Shown here piece by piece: positions 12,358-26,565 of a stretch of DNA of 64,000 nucleotides. The notes under the pieces are model-generated. The model was not told the origin of the DNA, searched no databases, and was given only the letters and a program-made list of their open reading frames with translations. Position 1 is the stretch's first letter, and each line of letters starts with the position of its first letter. The position numbers were made by a program, and so were the translations under genes. This stretch comes from Sphyrna mokarran (taxonomy: Eukaryota): the NCBI GenBank assembly GCA_024679065.1, contig JAGIQG010000003.1, positions 98,518,001-98,582,000 of the forward strand. Reading direction: 5' to 3'.

Positions 12358-14334
12358 GTAAGCGTGAGGCCCAGAAATGGGTCTGTTTAAAAACAGGCCT
12401 CTAGGTCGGACTGCTCAAATGGGAGCTGCAAAGCCACAGCAGTTAAGTTGTTCAGGAGAGGGCAATTGAGCAGTGACAGGACACACCAGCGTATAATATG
12501 AAAGCTATGAATGAGACGATGCATGAAGTGTAATCTGTGCAGCAACACATCAGGGACACCCTTAGGTAATTCAACAGCCATGTCATTGATTGATTTGAAT
12601 AGTTGTATGTTACAGCAAGCCTGTTCCTTTGGTGTTTAAGGAGCATGTTTAAAGCCTAAGGGTGTCTATCTGCAAGCTATTGACCAAAGAACCTACTGAG
12701 TGGCTTCAGAGTTACAGTTCTACTGGTGCAGTAAACTAATAGCAGTGACACTTCTCCCTGTGGAACTGAGATTCTTTGGAAAGCAACTGAGAGTTTGTGC
12801 AGGCAGAAATACAAAGTAATTTTTTATCACTGCGATAATAGCCCAAAACTGATGTCATTATGAACCTTAAATCAACTTTATGCTTGCTTGAACATGGTCA
12901 CCTGAGTATAGAGGTACAAGGACGAAAAAGGTTGAACAACTATGTTTGTCTTTCATCCAGTACTACCTGGGATTGGGAAATTGAGTTCTATGAGCAGTAA
13001 TCAATCATGTTTTCCAACAACATACATTTTTCAAAGTAGTGTCCATTTCTTTTATAATGAGGAACAGCAGTGTATGTGTTTAAAACTAAATGAAATAAAT
13101 ATAGAATAAAATCCATCATGGTGCATCCTTTTCAAGGTAATCCTATTAAAGAGAGCACATGTCGCAATCTACTTTCTCGCAGTAGAATGTCATGTAATCA
13201 GCTAGCCTAACTATTTAGTCTGTTTTAACCATGCAAATAGTGGTTTTGCGGTTAGCCGTGGCAGTAACTGTTATCACACAAGCAGTATTGTTCAGCATAT
13301 TTCCAAAAAAATTAATATTTCTAGCATCATGTTTGAAATAGAAAGGACAGTGCAAAGGAATAGGGCAATCTGTGTTGTGACCTTCCTGGTTGATGTGCTA
13401 GTTGTTATTGCTAAGCTAATGCTTGGAAGGTTGTTCTACTGTCCTGCGATAATTCACTATTCTTTGATATGCAAACTATCTGCCCAGAACATGTAAAAAT
13501 CCTATCAGTCTCATTTCACACTTCTTAACCACTTAGACTCTCTGGAGTCTATTGCCTTATTAGACCTACACTCTCCAATGCTACCGTAATTAAAATCTTT
13601 AGCAGTAGTTTAGTAAAGTAAAGATATTTTGGCTGATCACTTTGAGATTATTATCCAATCCTTGCACCCAAAATGAAAGTAATAAATTAGATTTTGACCT
13701 GGTATTCTTCCTGATCTGAAGTGCTTGAATATTTAATTGTGATTTGTAATTAAAATATAGTTAGAACCACAGGTTTTTTTTTGCTTTCTGCTTTCAAATT
13801 TGCACATTGGTTTTTGAATGAAGTCAAATTTTAATGATAAAGACAGGTGATTAAAAAATAATTACTGACATAATATTCTAATTTTGTAGTAAAATTATAA
13901 AAGGCCTTTGAATATGGTGCAAATGAATTGGTTACATTTACAGCACATTATTTTCAATTATGCTTTTTATATTTAAAGAGGAATGCATTTTCCATTAATA
14001 TATTGCAAAATATCTGTGATAATAACTAAGTGCTTTGATTTTAAAAGGAGAGTGATGTGCAGAGCAGTCTGGTTATGTTGCAATTTGAACAGATCAATTA
14101 TTGCATACACTTGAAGAATTTACTTTTAATTATCAACACTAGCTGAACATACAGCGGGTTACACTGTGTCTTGTTAGAAGTATTGCAACACATAGGAATA
14201 TAGTTAGGAATTGTCTAATTAACATCAGACCTTGTTTACATACACTTTGGTATTTTAATTAGTGTGTGAAGAAGGATAAGTCTGCTGTTCATGGATCTAA
14301 TTATACAATATGGAACTATTGCTGTTTGACACAG

Positions 14335-14530
14335 GCATGACTCCAACAGAACTGCAGCAGCTGTGGAAAGAAGTGACTGGAGCTCACACGATGGAAGAAA
14401 GTGTAACCAAAAATGGCAGCCTAGACCTTTCTACTAGTTCAATTTGCTCTCCCGCTCCACCACCTAAGACCTCACTACCAGTAACCCTGATGAATGGGCA
14501 GTCTACGGGTCACACTCCAAAAAGGGAATG
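14335..14530 (+). CDS. FOXP1: FoxP (FOXP1-like) internal coding exon
   Basis: Acceptor tttgacacag, donor TG|gtaggc; 196 nt (phase 1 to 2), in frame with both neighbours. (G)[64 protein letters not shown](C) matches FOXP1 [19 protein letters not shown]...NGQLSVHTPKRES. Confidence 0.92.
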
Positions 14531-15049
14531 GTAGGCGTTAATAAGACATTATCCGCCACTGATCCAACTAATTTGTTTTATCTTATAAGTCCTTTTACAG
14601 CCCTCACTTGTCAGGCTGGTGGTATCTCCATTCATTCATCATAATCTATTATGTGTAATGATGCCTGATTATCCTGCTAGTATTTCTTTTTTATATGAAA
14701 AAATGAGACCTCAGAAGAATTGTGTGGGTAAGTAGCCATGCAGTGTTAATGGGATTCTGCACAATGTTTTAGAACAAAGAATGCATAGTTTTGTTGAGGC
14801 TGTGTTTCCTAAAGGGAATGGCATATCAGTATAATGACCACTACCATCACCTACCACAATATGACTTCCACTAATGTTATGTTTTGAAGAGTATATCTGA
14901 ATAATGTTTTGATGCTTGGTAACTTATTTTTCATTACAAATATTCAGAATCCCGTTAAATCACATAGCAACATATGTTCCCTTACCTTTTGCCTCCAGCT
15001 CAGTAGGTTTGTGTGCTTAAAATTGAGAGAGCTTGTATTACTTGGAAAA

Positions 15050-15360
15050 CAAATGAATGTAACTGCATTTGTGTAGCATTGTATCTATCGTTCATAATAT
15101 CCCCAAGCACATTACAGCCAATGCATCACCTTTGAAGTACAGTGACTGTTGTCTTGCAGGCAAACATTTGTGCACTGTAATATCCGACAAACAGCAAACG
15201 ATTGAATAACTAGATGATCAATTTTTATTGATGGTACTTCAGAGAAGAATGTTGGCCATGATTGCAGAGAGAACATTCTGCTGTTCTTCAAATTGTTCTA
15301 GCAGATTCTTCATGACCACCTATGAGGAAAGATTAGATATTAGTTTATCATGTGAAAGAC
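15050..15360 (-). mobile_element. Deu-domain SINE (SacSINE1/AmnSINE1-like), old
   Basis: ttacagccaatg..tttgaagtacagtgactgttgt..caaacagcaa..tgttggcca pattern, homologous to 58235-58520 and inverse to 27130-27400. Confidence 0.65.
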
Positions 15361-17537
15361 ATTATAAGATCCTTCAAAGATCTTAGGTGAAAAAATACTC
15401 CCCGCCTTATTCATGTATTTAGAAAATGAAAATTTTCTTTAAAAAACACAGCCTCATATATACTGGAAAGATTGAGGAAGGAGTGTAGGGTAAATTCCCA
15501 CATTACACCAGTTTTTATAGGCAGGGCAGATAAAATAAGTGTAGAGATAGAGGAGAATGGTGACAACAGCAAGAAGGGGAAGGAGACTGGAACATAACCT
15601 GGGAGCTAGACTAAAACCAAGGGTGGCAGGAACACATAAAAGCTGCAACTATATAAAGGAGCAATCACAACTTGGGAAATATAAAATAACAGTCAAGTTG
15701 AAAAAATTTTCAGAATGCTGATGCAAACGTCCTCATACTGGAAGTGTGAAGTAGAAATGGCCTCTTTTATGGCTGGAGATTTCTAAAAATGTGATGGAGT
15801 GTTTGGGACAAGAAATTGACCACCTCACAAGGGCAAACGAAGTGAACCCAATATGTTCCCTGATCTTTGCAGTCATTTTGTACATATTGGATGCTTTCAT
15901 TCATTAGATGATGGACTTGATTCCATCTTGTAAGACTATAGTTTGTCTGGGATGGTCAATGTCATGTCAAACATTCCCTGATGTAATTAGGGGAACATCA
16001 TTCTGACTCTGAGGTGTTAATTGCAGACACTGACAGTGGGATGAAAATGTATATGATTTGCTGCCCTCTCTTGGTCCTCTCTTCAGCCAGTTGAGCTTCT
16101 CGTTTCTGTTCAGTGCTTCCAATGTCTTTCCAGGCAGCTACTCTCCGGAGGCAATGGCTCTCACTATTTCCCGAATATCAGTGTCATATCTCACTTGCAG
16201 ATCTCCTTGAAAGTTGCAATCCTGTCTCTATTAATAAAGTTCATGTCCTGGTTGCAAGTGAGACCAGCTGTTACTAATTGGGGAAAAGTTAGGGCATTTT
16301 TGTTCAGTTCATTTAAGAACCTGTTGAGGACATGGAAGGGGCAGTAAAAGTGAGACTGTGCCTTTTGTCAATAAACTTAAGGAATGATTGGCTGCTGACT
16401 CCTCTTTTACTCAATGAATGAGCAGCACATTATAACATAGAGGAGGTATGACCACCTACGAAGTTATGTGATCAATTCACTGCACAAAGGTCTTTGGGTA
16501 TATGGCTGTTACCTATCAAATGGAAGTGGCTGAACCAGCACAGATTTTGTTGGCTTAACAACAAATGTGTGCTGATGGCATTAACACGCTCCACCACCTC
16601 TGTGTTGGTGACCTAGTCCTCCATAATATACCTGAAACAGCAACTGTGGAAATTCTCATGTCCACTATATGTGGTCCAGATCCCACCACTGTAGAGGAGT
16701 GCACTGAAGAGACAGCCTTGGTAGACTCAGTTTGATGCCGTCAGTCAGGTTGTTGTTGGTTAATTTGTTACCCTGAGAGTAACAGAAGAGTCAAAGGTGT
16801 GAATCAGACAATGGTGAGTGGATACTCTACTGAAGTCATTCCCTACTTCCCAAACTTACTGTCTCAGCAACTTTTAAGTCCCTTTCACACAACAAAGCAT
16901 CCCAAGGTGCAAGTAATGTCCATACCTCCCAAATACTCCGCAAGGTCTAACGCTATGGGCCTACATTTTTCAGATGGTGGATCTCCTTTCCCACTATGTC
17001 TGGTTGCCCTGTAACCATTTCCCACTGCAAAAACAATCATGACTCATATCAGTTTTCCTGCGAATTCAGCACTTAGAATGCTTTTAGAATTGCCCCCACC
17101 CCCCCATTAATTGTTCCACCATTAATGGCTACACCATTAGCAGCCTGATCACCCTCTGCACCTTCCTTCTTACCCCCCAACTAGACCTTCCTAGCTTCCC
17201 ACCATGGGACCCCTTAGGCTTACCCTGTGTTCTGATTCCAGGATTTGGCTCAGGCATGTAGATGGACCTTCTCTGCAGTTCGCTGCAGCTCTCTTCAGTG
17301 CAGGAACTGGGGAGCTGCAGCTGCTGGCCTATCTTGCAGTTCTGTAAGGCAGGACTTTCTCATTGCTGAGGGGTGGAAGTCCTGTCTGCAGCCAATTGAT
17401 GTTCATTCCAATGTGAAATGGTAATGGAGCAACCAGAGCATCAAGATGGTGGGAAAGGAGATCCCAAATCTGAAAAATGAAGACCCATTGCTTTAGATCT
17501 TGGCTGCTAATGGTGCAGCTACTACTGCTGGAACAAT

Positions 17538-18190
17538 TAGGGGGGCGGAGGTTGATTCTCCCAAAAGCGTTCTAATTGCTGAATTCACAGGAAAACTGAT
17601 GTGAATCATGATTGTTTTTTCAGTGGAAATCACACTCAGATCTCCCACATTCTGTGCACTGCAGAGGCCACAATCATGAATATAACTAAAGGTTCGGGAA
17701 CAGACTCCCACCCCAGCCCGCCCTGATCACTGGCTTCCCTCCAGCCTCAATTGATCCCTATGCGGAGTGGAAGTGGCACCTCCTACCCTCCATTGATTGC
17801 CCCGCTTCAATGGGCAGTGAAGGTGCTCCCTGGGCATGGCACTTTACCCCTTGGGCAATACTGGGGGGCATAGACTGCCCAACCCCCTGAGATACCTTGA
17901 TTGCACCCCCACTCTCCCCCCTGTGGGGTTGTCCCACTAGTTCTCTGAAAGTGGGGAGCTAGTCTGAACCCTGCCTGAGTGAAATTGTATTGATGCGGTG
18001 GGAAATGCTATTATGTCCCGGGCACGATAATTACATATAAATAACAGTAAAATAAGATTTAAGTCACTTATCTGCTGTTCACGCCAGTTTCCAATGTGGC
18101 CCCAACTGCGCCGGATATCTGACACGTGATTCTTGAGGCTCACCGTACTAGAATAGCTCGGCGGGATGAGAGAATTACCTCCTAAAATTG
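17538..18190. mobile_element. MITE / non-autonomous DNA transposon
   Basis: Imperfect terminal inverted repeats ggaggttgattctccc ... gagagaattacctcc; GC-rich interior; related to 39880-40460 in opposite orientation. Confidence 0.7.
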
Positions 18191-18969
18191 GGGTCCACAG
18201 CAGCCAGAACTGGAGGAGTGTGGATTTTTCATAGCATTGTGGGGTTGAGGCAATTGTAACAACAGGCTGGAATAGAATCATGAAAATTTTAAAGTTGAGA
18301 TGTTGCTTAACCTGAAGCTAATTTTGGTTAGTGAGCTCCACGGTGAACTTGGAGCAGATTTTCCCAATGGCATGTAAGGTCAGTGACTTCAATTTTTCCA
18401 GCATTTAATTGGAAGAAACTCCTGCCTATCCATTTGTAAATTTGGGATAAGGATTTAAGGAATTTAAAGACAGGGGTAGTAAGCTATAGCTGGGTGCCGT
18501 TAGTGTAGGTATGCAGTTGTTTTATTTTAGGTGATGCTGCTAAGGAATAACATGTAGATAGAAAGGCCAAAGATAGATTCTTGAAGTCCATCTGATGTCA
18601 GGGTGCACATAGTGAAGCAATTGTAGGTGATTCACTGGTTATGTATGAATGCAACTAGGCAATTGTCTGTGCACCCAATGATCTGCGTCCCTTGATAGGT
18701 GGCCATTTGTAGTGAGGTATGATTTGAATCTGCTTTCATTGTTCTAATCTCGCTGCTGATAACTATTGAAAGTAGTTCTTCCAACCACCCCCGCCAGCTC
18801 CTCTGAAATCCTGCTCATATTAATAGCAGAATATATTTGCACCTGCCACAGGAACTGCCAGGAAGCCCTGGGACTCAGAAGCCCAGTGTAAGGACAACCA
18901 GGTTCATGTTACTACACTGTAATCAAGCAGCACAGCTCCTTATCCATCAGATATCATTCAAAGTTAATT

Positions 18970-19180
18970 GCCGGGATTCCCTGGCCTCCCTACGGCATTT
19001 TTCTTGGCACCAGAAGGTGGCACACCATTGGCCGGTAACGGGACTAGAAGATCTTGCTGCTGTCAATGGGATTTACCATTGAATATCACCCCATGCTGCC
19101 AGGAAACCCACAGTGGGAATGTGTCATCGGAGAGACCTGTAGATCCCGCTAGTGTGAAGAGCAAGAAGATTGCAGCCAGT
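18970..19180. mobile_element. MITE-like repeat
   Basis: ccgggattccctggcc ... agaagattgcagcc ends; internal motifs shared with 7500-7790. Confidence 0.55.
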
Positions 19181-20639
19181 GTTTCTGGTAAAGTTATGGG
19201 CATTCAAAACCTGTGCACATGAAGATCCACCTTCTTAACGTTGAGTTGCAGTGATCCTCAGGTTAAATCACCACTAGTCGCAGCCTGTGGTCCTCTGAGA
19301 CTGTAGCAACTTTGACTTTTCTTCCTAATCTGGTTGGTAATCTGACCTTTGTGGCCCAGGCTCAGATCTGGCCTATCTTAGATGCTTGAGAAAAGCTTGA
19401 AGTAAATAAAAAATTTTTGGGATAGCAGCTTTTTCCCTCCAAACCACCTCCAAACATCTCACATTTCAGAGGTAACTGGATCGTCTGCTGGTAGCCACTT
19501 CTACTGGAATCTACTGTGCATTTTAGAATAGGTGTAATTCTGACTGGTTTTACAAATTCTGATCTAATGCACTCTACATCTGCACCAAAAAAGTCCGTAT
19601 TTTGAGGCAGTAGTTCATTTTAGATAATAGAAGCATGGAAATAATTTACAATTTACTGTGCCTAGGTCAGAACAAGATTTTATTTCAACAGCAAAGTATC
19701 AGTTTTACATTTATTCTCATATTGGAACTGCTGACAAAAGCAATGTTACCGAGATTTTATTGACTTCATCTTTTTGCTTAATTTTGCCAAGTACTGAACT
19801 GAAATATAGATCACTTCCAACTGGATCCTAAGTTCTCAGAAAAAAAATGATGTTTAGCTTTCTATCAATCTTACTTTAATAACATAACTAAAGTTTTTCA
19901 CAAAATTCACAATTGATTAACTTGAACAAATGGGGTTAAATCTTGCAATAAATTGAGGTCAGAAAGGAGGTAATGTGCAGTTAGTTTGATTTTTTTCCTT
20001 TTATTTTGTACATGGTAGGTATATGCTATCCATTTGCTCAGGGTGATTGAATTACAGCCATGTCCATAAGTAAAGCACAAGAATAACTGAGGAAGGGTTC
20101 CCACAACTGCACTTAGAGCTTTAGTTGCAGTCTTGTCAGGCGTTGTGGTGCCTGAGCAGATTTCACATGACACATGAAACTTTCCATGTTTAGCTGAATA
20201 GTGTTCAATTCCATTATAACTGAAGAGAAGTCCAGGGGCAAGCATCCTATCAGTGGGGTAGATCATGTTTTGCCACCGTGAAAAATGTTATTGTAAAGAA
20301 ATTCATAAGATTAGGGGCTATATCTTTAATTTAAGGTATTATAAAAGGGATTGTGTGAGCTGTGCTGATATCTCTCTGACAGGAGACCAAGGTGAGTGGG
20401 CTGTTAAAGATTAGAGGAAGGTCCAGCTTGTTTTTCTGGGAAGAAGATGTAAGGCACTCATACTTCAACACAATGGTAGGAGCATTTGAATTTATGATGG
20501 TAAGACTTCCGGTTTCCCAAGTTCCAGCAAGGTAGTGAGATGGTTACATTATAAATTGTCCATTTAATTCCAACGTAGAATAGAGTTAGAGACAAATGGA
20601 TAGCAAATCAACGTTTCTAGCTGGATACAAGCCCATGTG

Positions 20640-21250
20640 TTTCTTGTCGACATAAAAATGGGGGTTGAAAGAGGAACGGTTTCTTAAGATATCTCTGGAA
20701 ACTCATAAACAAGTTGGTCTGCCAGGATCCGAGAGAGCGAGAGCAGCCAGAGGTTGAAAGTCTCTATGGTTCACCACACAGGAATACAGCTGAAAGCATG
20801 TACTCAAAACTACCAAATTTGTAAGGAATTAAAACAAGGCTGGAAGATTGAACTAGAGGAAGAATCACTGGGGTAAAAGCCTCACTATGAAAAACAGTTC
20901 TGAGATTAAAAGTTACCAGGCTAAGAAAGCAGAAGAACAGAAGTAAGAATCGTGAGATAAATACAACGTTGGACTGGGGGTTCAACAAGACTTGAATATC
21001 CGCATAAAGGACAGTGTAAAGTATATCTGCGAAGTGTGTTTTTGGTAGTAATGTAAGAAAAAAATGGAGTGTCCTGTTTTGTGGTGTAAAACATAAGTTG
21101 TCTACAAAGATAGTGTTTAATCGGTAATACTTTTAGACTGTTTGTTACTATTTATGTCTTAAAATGTGAAATCTTGTGTCATCCTTTCAGCTTTAACTGT
21201 AAGTTCAAATTTATTCATTAAATAACCAGTCTGTACATGGATTGTAATGA
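20640..21250 (+). mobile_element. Possible solo LTR remnant
   Basis: Purine-rich body followed by a taaaatgtgaaatcttgtgtcatcctttcag...ccagtctgtacatggattgtaa end resembling shark LTR U5 ends; no TSD or PBS confirmed. Confidence 0.35.
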
Positions 21251-22319
21251 AGGGGGCAACTTTCCTCAGACTCCTAGAAATGTAATCTTAGAGGAAATGT
21301 TGGTTTAGAAAAAAGTTGTGGACTGAATCAAAAAACATGGTTTCTGCCCCATATTCCACCCTGCATCCATCAGCATCAGCTCTGGGCTTTGGAGTTGCGG
21401 CAATCTGTTAAGGAGATAAATAATCTGATTTGGCACAATGCTCCTACTCTCCTCTTTAATTTGCCTTACACAAGGAAAATTATAATTAAATCATTCAGAG
21501 TAAAACCCTTGAGTGTCTGGGAGGAAAACGTTTTTATGGACACTGCTGGTAAAGACCAACATTCATATTGCACTACGAAGATATTTATCCACCAGTATTA
21601 TTAAAAGAAAGGAGGGGGAGGGAATAACATTTCTGCATCATTTGTACAGCAAATGGAATTGTGCAGTTCAAAACCTGTAAAACTAAATAATAAACGTGGC
21701 TGGTTGCTATCTGCAAAGCAACAGGAGAGCAAAGCAAATGATATTAAATTGTACAATTTGTTTTTTCTCCCCCCAAAAAACCAAGCACAATAATTTATTT
21801 TATGATAATCATTATTTTGGTTGTAGAGGAGGAAAAAACATTGTAAAGTTATTCATATCAGTTCTATCAAGCATAGCAGAATGTCACTGGGCACTGGTGG
21901 GTGATTTTTACTGCATATTACTGTTGACTGAATAAAGCTGTTGCTTGATCACAACAGCTGTTGAAATAAGAATAGAGAGTAGGAAAATAGTACACATTGA
22001 ATATTGCTGGTAGGAGCATTGAAAATATAATATGGCAGTAGAGATAAAATAATGTAATATTAAAACTGATCTTTTACATATTTTTCCTCAGAGGTCAGAT
22101 ACTGCCTTTTACAATGCATGTCTTGAATACCCATGAGTGTTTAAGCTGATTAAAATTTAGTGCGTACACATTGCGCTCAACATAGATTAATTCTGCACAG
22201 CTTTTCTGACATTTTTACGTTTAATTCTATACTCCTGTTCTGCATAGTCTAGATAAATTTCTGCTAATGCTTTTTCTTCCAGTTTGAATGTTTTTAATAG
22301 CAGCATGTTTGATGTGAAT

Positions 22320-22795
22320 AAACAACAACAACTTGCCTTTATGTAGCACAGCTAACATAATAGAATGAGACAACAATACACGATCCTGAAGTACATAAGT
22401 AGATATTAAAACAGATGATAGAAGTCTTTGCCTACTGAGCAGACTTTAAGAAATGCCTTCAAGCAAGATAGAGAGGTGGAGAAACGAAGGGATGAAGATC
22501 CACAGCACAGGGCTTAGGCAACTGAAAGCATGGCCATCAATGACAGAGCAATTATATTCAAGGATCCTCAGGAGGCTGGAATTAGATGAGTGCAAATGTC
22601 TTGGAGGATAATGGGGATGGAGGAGATTAGAGATAGGGACGGGTGAGGCCATAGAGGGATTTGAAAAAAACAGATGAAAATTTTAAAATCAAGACATTAT
22701 TCAACCAGGAGCCACTAAAGAGCAGCAAATGCAGGGGTGATAGGTGATTAGAACTCATAGTGAGTTAAAACCTGGACAGCAAAGTTTTTGATGAT
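22320..22795 (-). mobile_element. L2-like LINE 3' fragment
   Basis: Minus-strand PPRHLHSSNSSLL..IDGHAFSCLSPVLW motif; homologous to 26000-26560. Confidence 0.75.
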
Positions 22796-23939
22796 TCCCA
22801 TCCTTCTCATTAGACGTTGGATTGAGAAAGATTAGTATAAAAATCATAGAATTATATTGTTTAGAAGGAGGCCAATCATATGCTGAGCGTTTGAAATTGC
22901 TGTCAATTAAGCCCAGTCCCCTGAACCTTCCCACAAATATTTTCCCTTTGAGTCTTTAATCCAATTCATTAAAGATCATTTTCTTCAAATAATTCTAAAT
23001 GATATTCCTATTTATACTGATTTCATGGAATAAACAAAATATTACAATGTGAATTTAATATCTGTCTGCTTGTCGGTCTGTTTACTAAATCATAATATGT
23101 GTTCTTAATATGTAATTGTCATTTTAGAAATTATTCTTTTGAAAAAGTATGGTTGAATACTTCTGTGAATGCTTCAGCAATTTTTGATTGCACTGCAGTT
23201 ATGACTTGTTATGCAATATATCTAAAAGTAATTATACATTTTGTAGAAAAGCTGTTACAACACCTTCAATTAAATACTTGTGGCACAGCTTTATCTGCAT
23301 CTAAAGTAAATTTTATTTTGGTGATAGTATGTTGTTTCAGTTGGCAAATTAAAATGCATTTGCCGGGGTTGAAGTCTAGTAGTTTTGGTGTGTCTTTGAC
23401 CTAGCTGAAAATATGAAATATGTTCTTGAGACCCCAATGGTCAGTTCAAACTCTCAAAGAGATTTGATAGCACAGGTGGTGCTAATATAGGACAGACCCC
23501 TAGGCACTTGTAGTCCAGAGTTGTACAGATTGTAAGCTGTCTGAGTCCATATGGCAATATGTCCCACTCTGCAAAAGGCATTGGAGTTGTGCCTGCAGGT
23601 GGAATGGTCAGTGTAGTATATGCAAAGGACAATCTTTAACCATTACCACACCAGCAGAATAAAGAGGAGATGCATTTCTAATCTACTCAGCTATATTTGG
23701 TATGTATTTTATTTTGTGTGAATGGATATCAGCACCCTTAATTTGCCTTCTGTTCAGCTAGCAAATGTATAATTTATGATGTAAAGATTCATAACTTTGG
23801 TTGTCTTTTGAGAATGCAAGGATGCACGTAAAGTCTGATGCTGAAATAATGAGTGAGACTTAATGTTCCTATTGTGAGTCCAACCCCTATTAGTTGGAGA
23901 ATCAATGAGAAGCCTTGTCATGTCTGAAGGGGAATCTGA

Positions 23940-24150
23940 TAGAATTAACAAAGAGCAATCCAGCACTGGAACAGACCCTTCGGCCCTCCAAGCCTGCACT
24001 GATCATGTGTTCCTAAGTAGACCATCTGTTTGTATCTCTCTGTTCCCAGTCTGTTCCTATCTAGATAAGTCTTAAATTGATCCTAGCGTGTCTGCCTCAA
24101 CCATTTTGCTTGGTAGTGCATTCCAGGCCCCTATCATCCTCTGTGTAAAA
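23940..24150 (-). mobile_element. CR1 3' tail
   Basis: aacaaagagcaatccagcactggaacagacccttcggccc...gcattccaggcccctatcatcctctgtgtaaaa; inverse of 52645-52892. Confidence 0.8.
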
Positions 24151-24809
24151 TGCATCCTGCGCAATTAAATGCCTGTCTGACTCTTAACAGACCTGCCTCC
24201 AGCCTTGTCCTGGATTTAGGACCTTAGGCCAAGAGTTGCAAGCCAGTCAGAGGGTGCAGAGACATCAGAGATCATCATTGAATTCCTGGGCGAGAAGAAA
24301 AAAATTTTGTTCCTTTTACCAATTTTACTCCAACCACATGCTTACTTTATTGTTCATCCCTGCCTCCCTCCATCCTGCTATACCTTGACAGCAGAACATC
24401 AGTTTCAGCTGCCATACTGTCATTAACAAATTCTCCAAAACTCTCCTCTTAACCAATTCTTCATCCATCTGTAAATGTCTCTCAGGCAGACACCATTTGG
24501 CAATATGTGTTTATGTATAAAAGCATCCCAAGATACTTCAGAGGTGCATGCGGAAAATGGGTAAAAGTTGTTCAAGGCTGGGTAGTAAGGAGAGCTTGAA
24601 CAGAGGAAACTGAATGTTTTGAGGAGGGAATTCAGGAGTGTGAAACTCGGGCAATTGAAAACTAAGATTTCTGTCACTCCTTCTATCTCTTCCGTCTTGT
24701 TTTGGCATTCATTTCTTTCTTTATTGCTCTGTGATGAAGAACTTTTGAGACAGTTTTTTTACATTAAAAATACTACTTAAATGTAATTTATCCCTAGCAT
24801 TGTAATATA

Positions 24810-26560
24810 ACATCTCTTATCAAAATCACTAGTGATGTTCAAAGTGTTGAAGGTAATCTATGCATCCTTGTCCTCCTTGACTTTCTTCAACTTTTCATCT
24901 ACCATCCTCTTGCAACATCTCTACATGGTTGTCTCACCTGGGTGGCACTGCACTTAACTGGTTAAGTGTTATTTTCTCCCTCCTACACCATTGTTTTGGT
25001 CTTCTCCAAGGATCGATCCTTGGTCGCTTCCTATTTCTCATGTTGTTCTTTGGCAATGTCATCAAAAATAGTGCGGGTTCCACATGTATACTGAGGCCAA
25101 CTTTGCCTCATCACCGCCTCTTATCAAGTCATGCACTCAGCATCTCTGAATTATCAGGCAGCTTATCTGACCCCACTCCCAAATGATGAAGACAATTTCT
25201 TCCAACAAAAAATTTGGGAAGACTAAAGCCTTTTTAAAGAAACTATTATTCATTCACAGGATATGAGCAATGCTGGCAAGGCCAGTGTTCATTGCCCAAC
25301 CCAAATGCCCTTGAGAAGGGCATGGTGTGCAACCATCTTTAAAACAACTTATAGACTTGCTGGGCCATTGTAGACAATACTTATGAGTCATAATGGGGCC
25401 TAAAATTATCAATGGGCCAGAACAAGTAGAAATGTAGAAAATAGGAGCAGGAATAGGCCAACAGCCCTTCAAACATACTCAGCATTTCAGTAAGATCATG
25501 GCTGATCCTCAATCACAACACCATACTTCAGCAGTCTGCCTATACCCTTTGACATCTTTTAGAGTCTGTAAATTTATTTCCTTCTTAAGTATCTTCAATA
25601 ATTTGGTCTTCACACCCTTCTATGATAGAGAATTCCACAGGTTGCCACACTCTGAATGAACAAGTTTCTCCTCATCTCAGTCGTAAGTGGCCTACCCTGT
25701 ATCCTGATACTCTGACTGCATTTTACAGCATTTGTCATGTATTTGCTCACTTACTCCACTTGTCTAAATCACTTGAAGCCTCATAACATCCTCCTCACCA
25801 CTTACATTAATGAACACTAAGGAACCAAATTCTTTACAGCAATCCAGTGATGTTGTGGCTACCATAACTGATGCTTTTTATTCTAGTTTTAATAAATAGT
25901 AAATGCCACAAATTGCCTCCTACCCACTGACTCTCAACCCCGTCTCTGGCAGGTGTCCAAGATTAAATCAGATTATTTGCTAGTTGGTGTCTTATTTTAT
26001 TCTGTGATGAGCATCCAACTAAATATTCACAGCATCATAAGACTATATCCATTATAACATAACTTGACTCTGCCACTGCTTCAACTTAATTAATGCTGAA
26101 AAACTCAGCTGTGCTTTGGTTACCGATAGACATAACAATTTCAATACACTCCTGGGCAGCCTTGCACATTCTACCCTCTACAACATTGATGTCACCTAAA
26201 CCTCTGCTGCATGGGCCCTAATTCACATCAAGTCATGTTCACTCATTAAATCTCTGTTTGCTGACCTACATTTGACTTCCATCTGAGCAGTATCTCAACT
26301 CTAATCCTTGTTTTCAAATCCATCCATTGCTTTTACTCCAATATCTTGCAGCCCCACAACCATCCAAGATATCTGTACAAGTTCTGTCCACTTTTCTTCA
26401 GATCCCCTGTTTGATTTGCTGCTTAATCAGTGGCTGTGTCTTCAGCTACCAAAGGTGTAAGGTCTGGAATGACCTCACTAAAACTTAAGCAAATCTCTTT
26501 TGCTCTTTAAACACTACTTTCAAACCTATCTCTAACTAAGCTTTTGATCATCGATCCAAA
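24810..26560 (+). mobile_element. L2-like LINE, decayed and interrupted by other LINE fragments (about 25245-25790)
   Basis: RT motifs LGGTALNWL and GLLQGSILG..LFL; 3' part GCVFSY..VWNDL; nested minus-strand CR1 piece at 25420-25720. Confidence 0.7.
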
Positions 26561-26565
26561 TATTT

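Noticed and set aside
14310-14534. 74-aa stand-alone ORF
   Set aside because: It is the FoxP exon 14335-14530 plus intronic flanks; the stop lies in the donor site region.
15560-16900. Possible old LINE (RTE-like) remnant
   Set aside because: Composition suggests decayed coding sequence, but I could not read a convincing motif.
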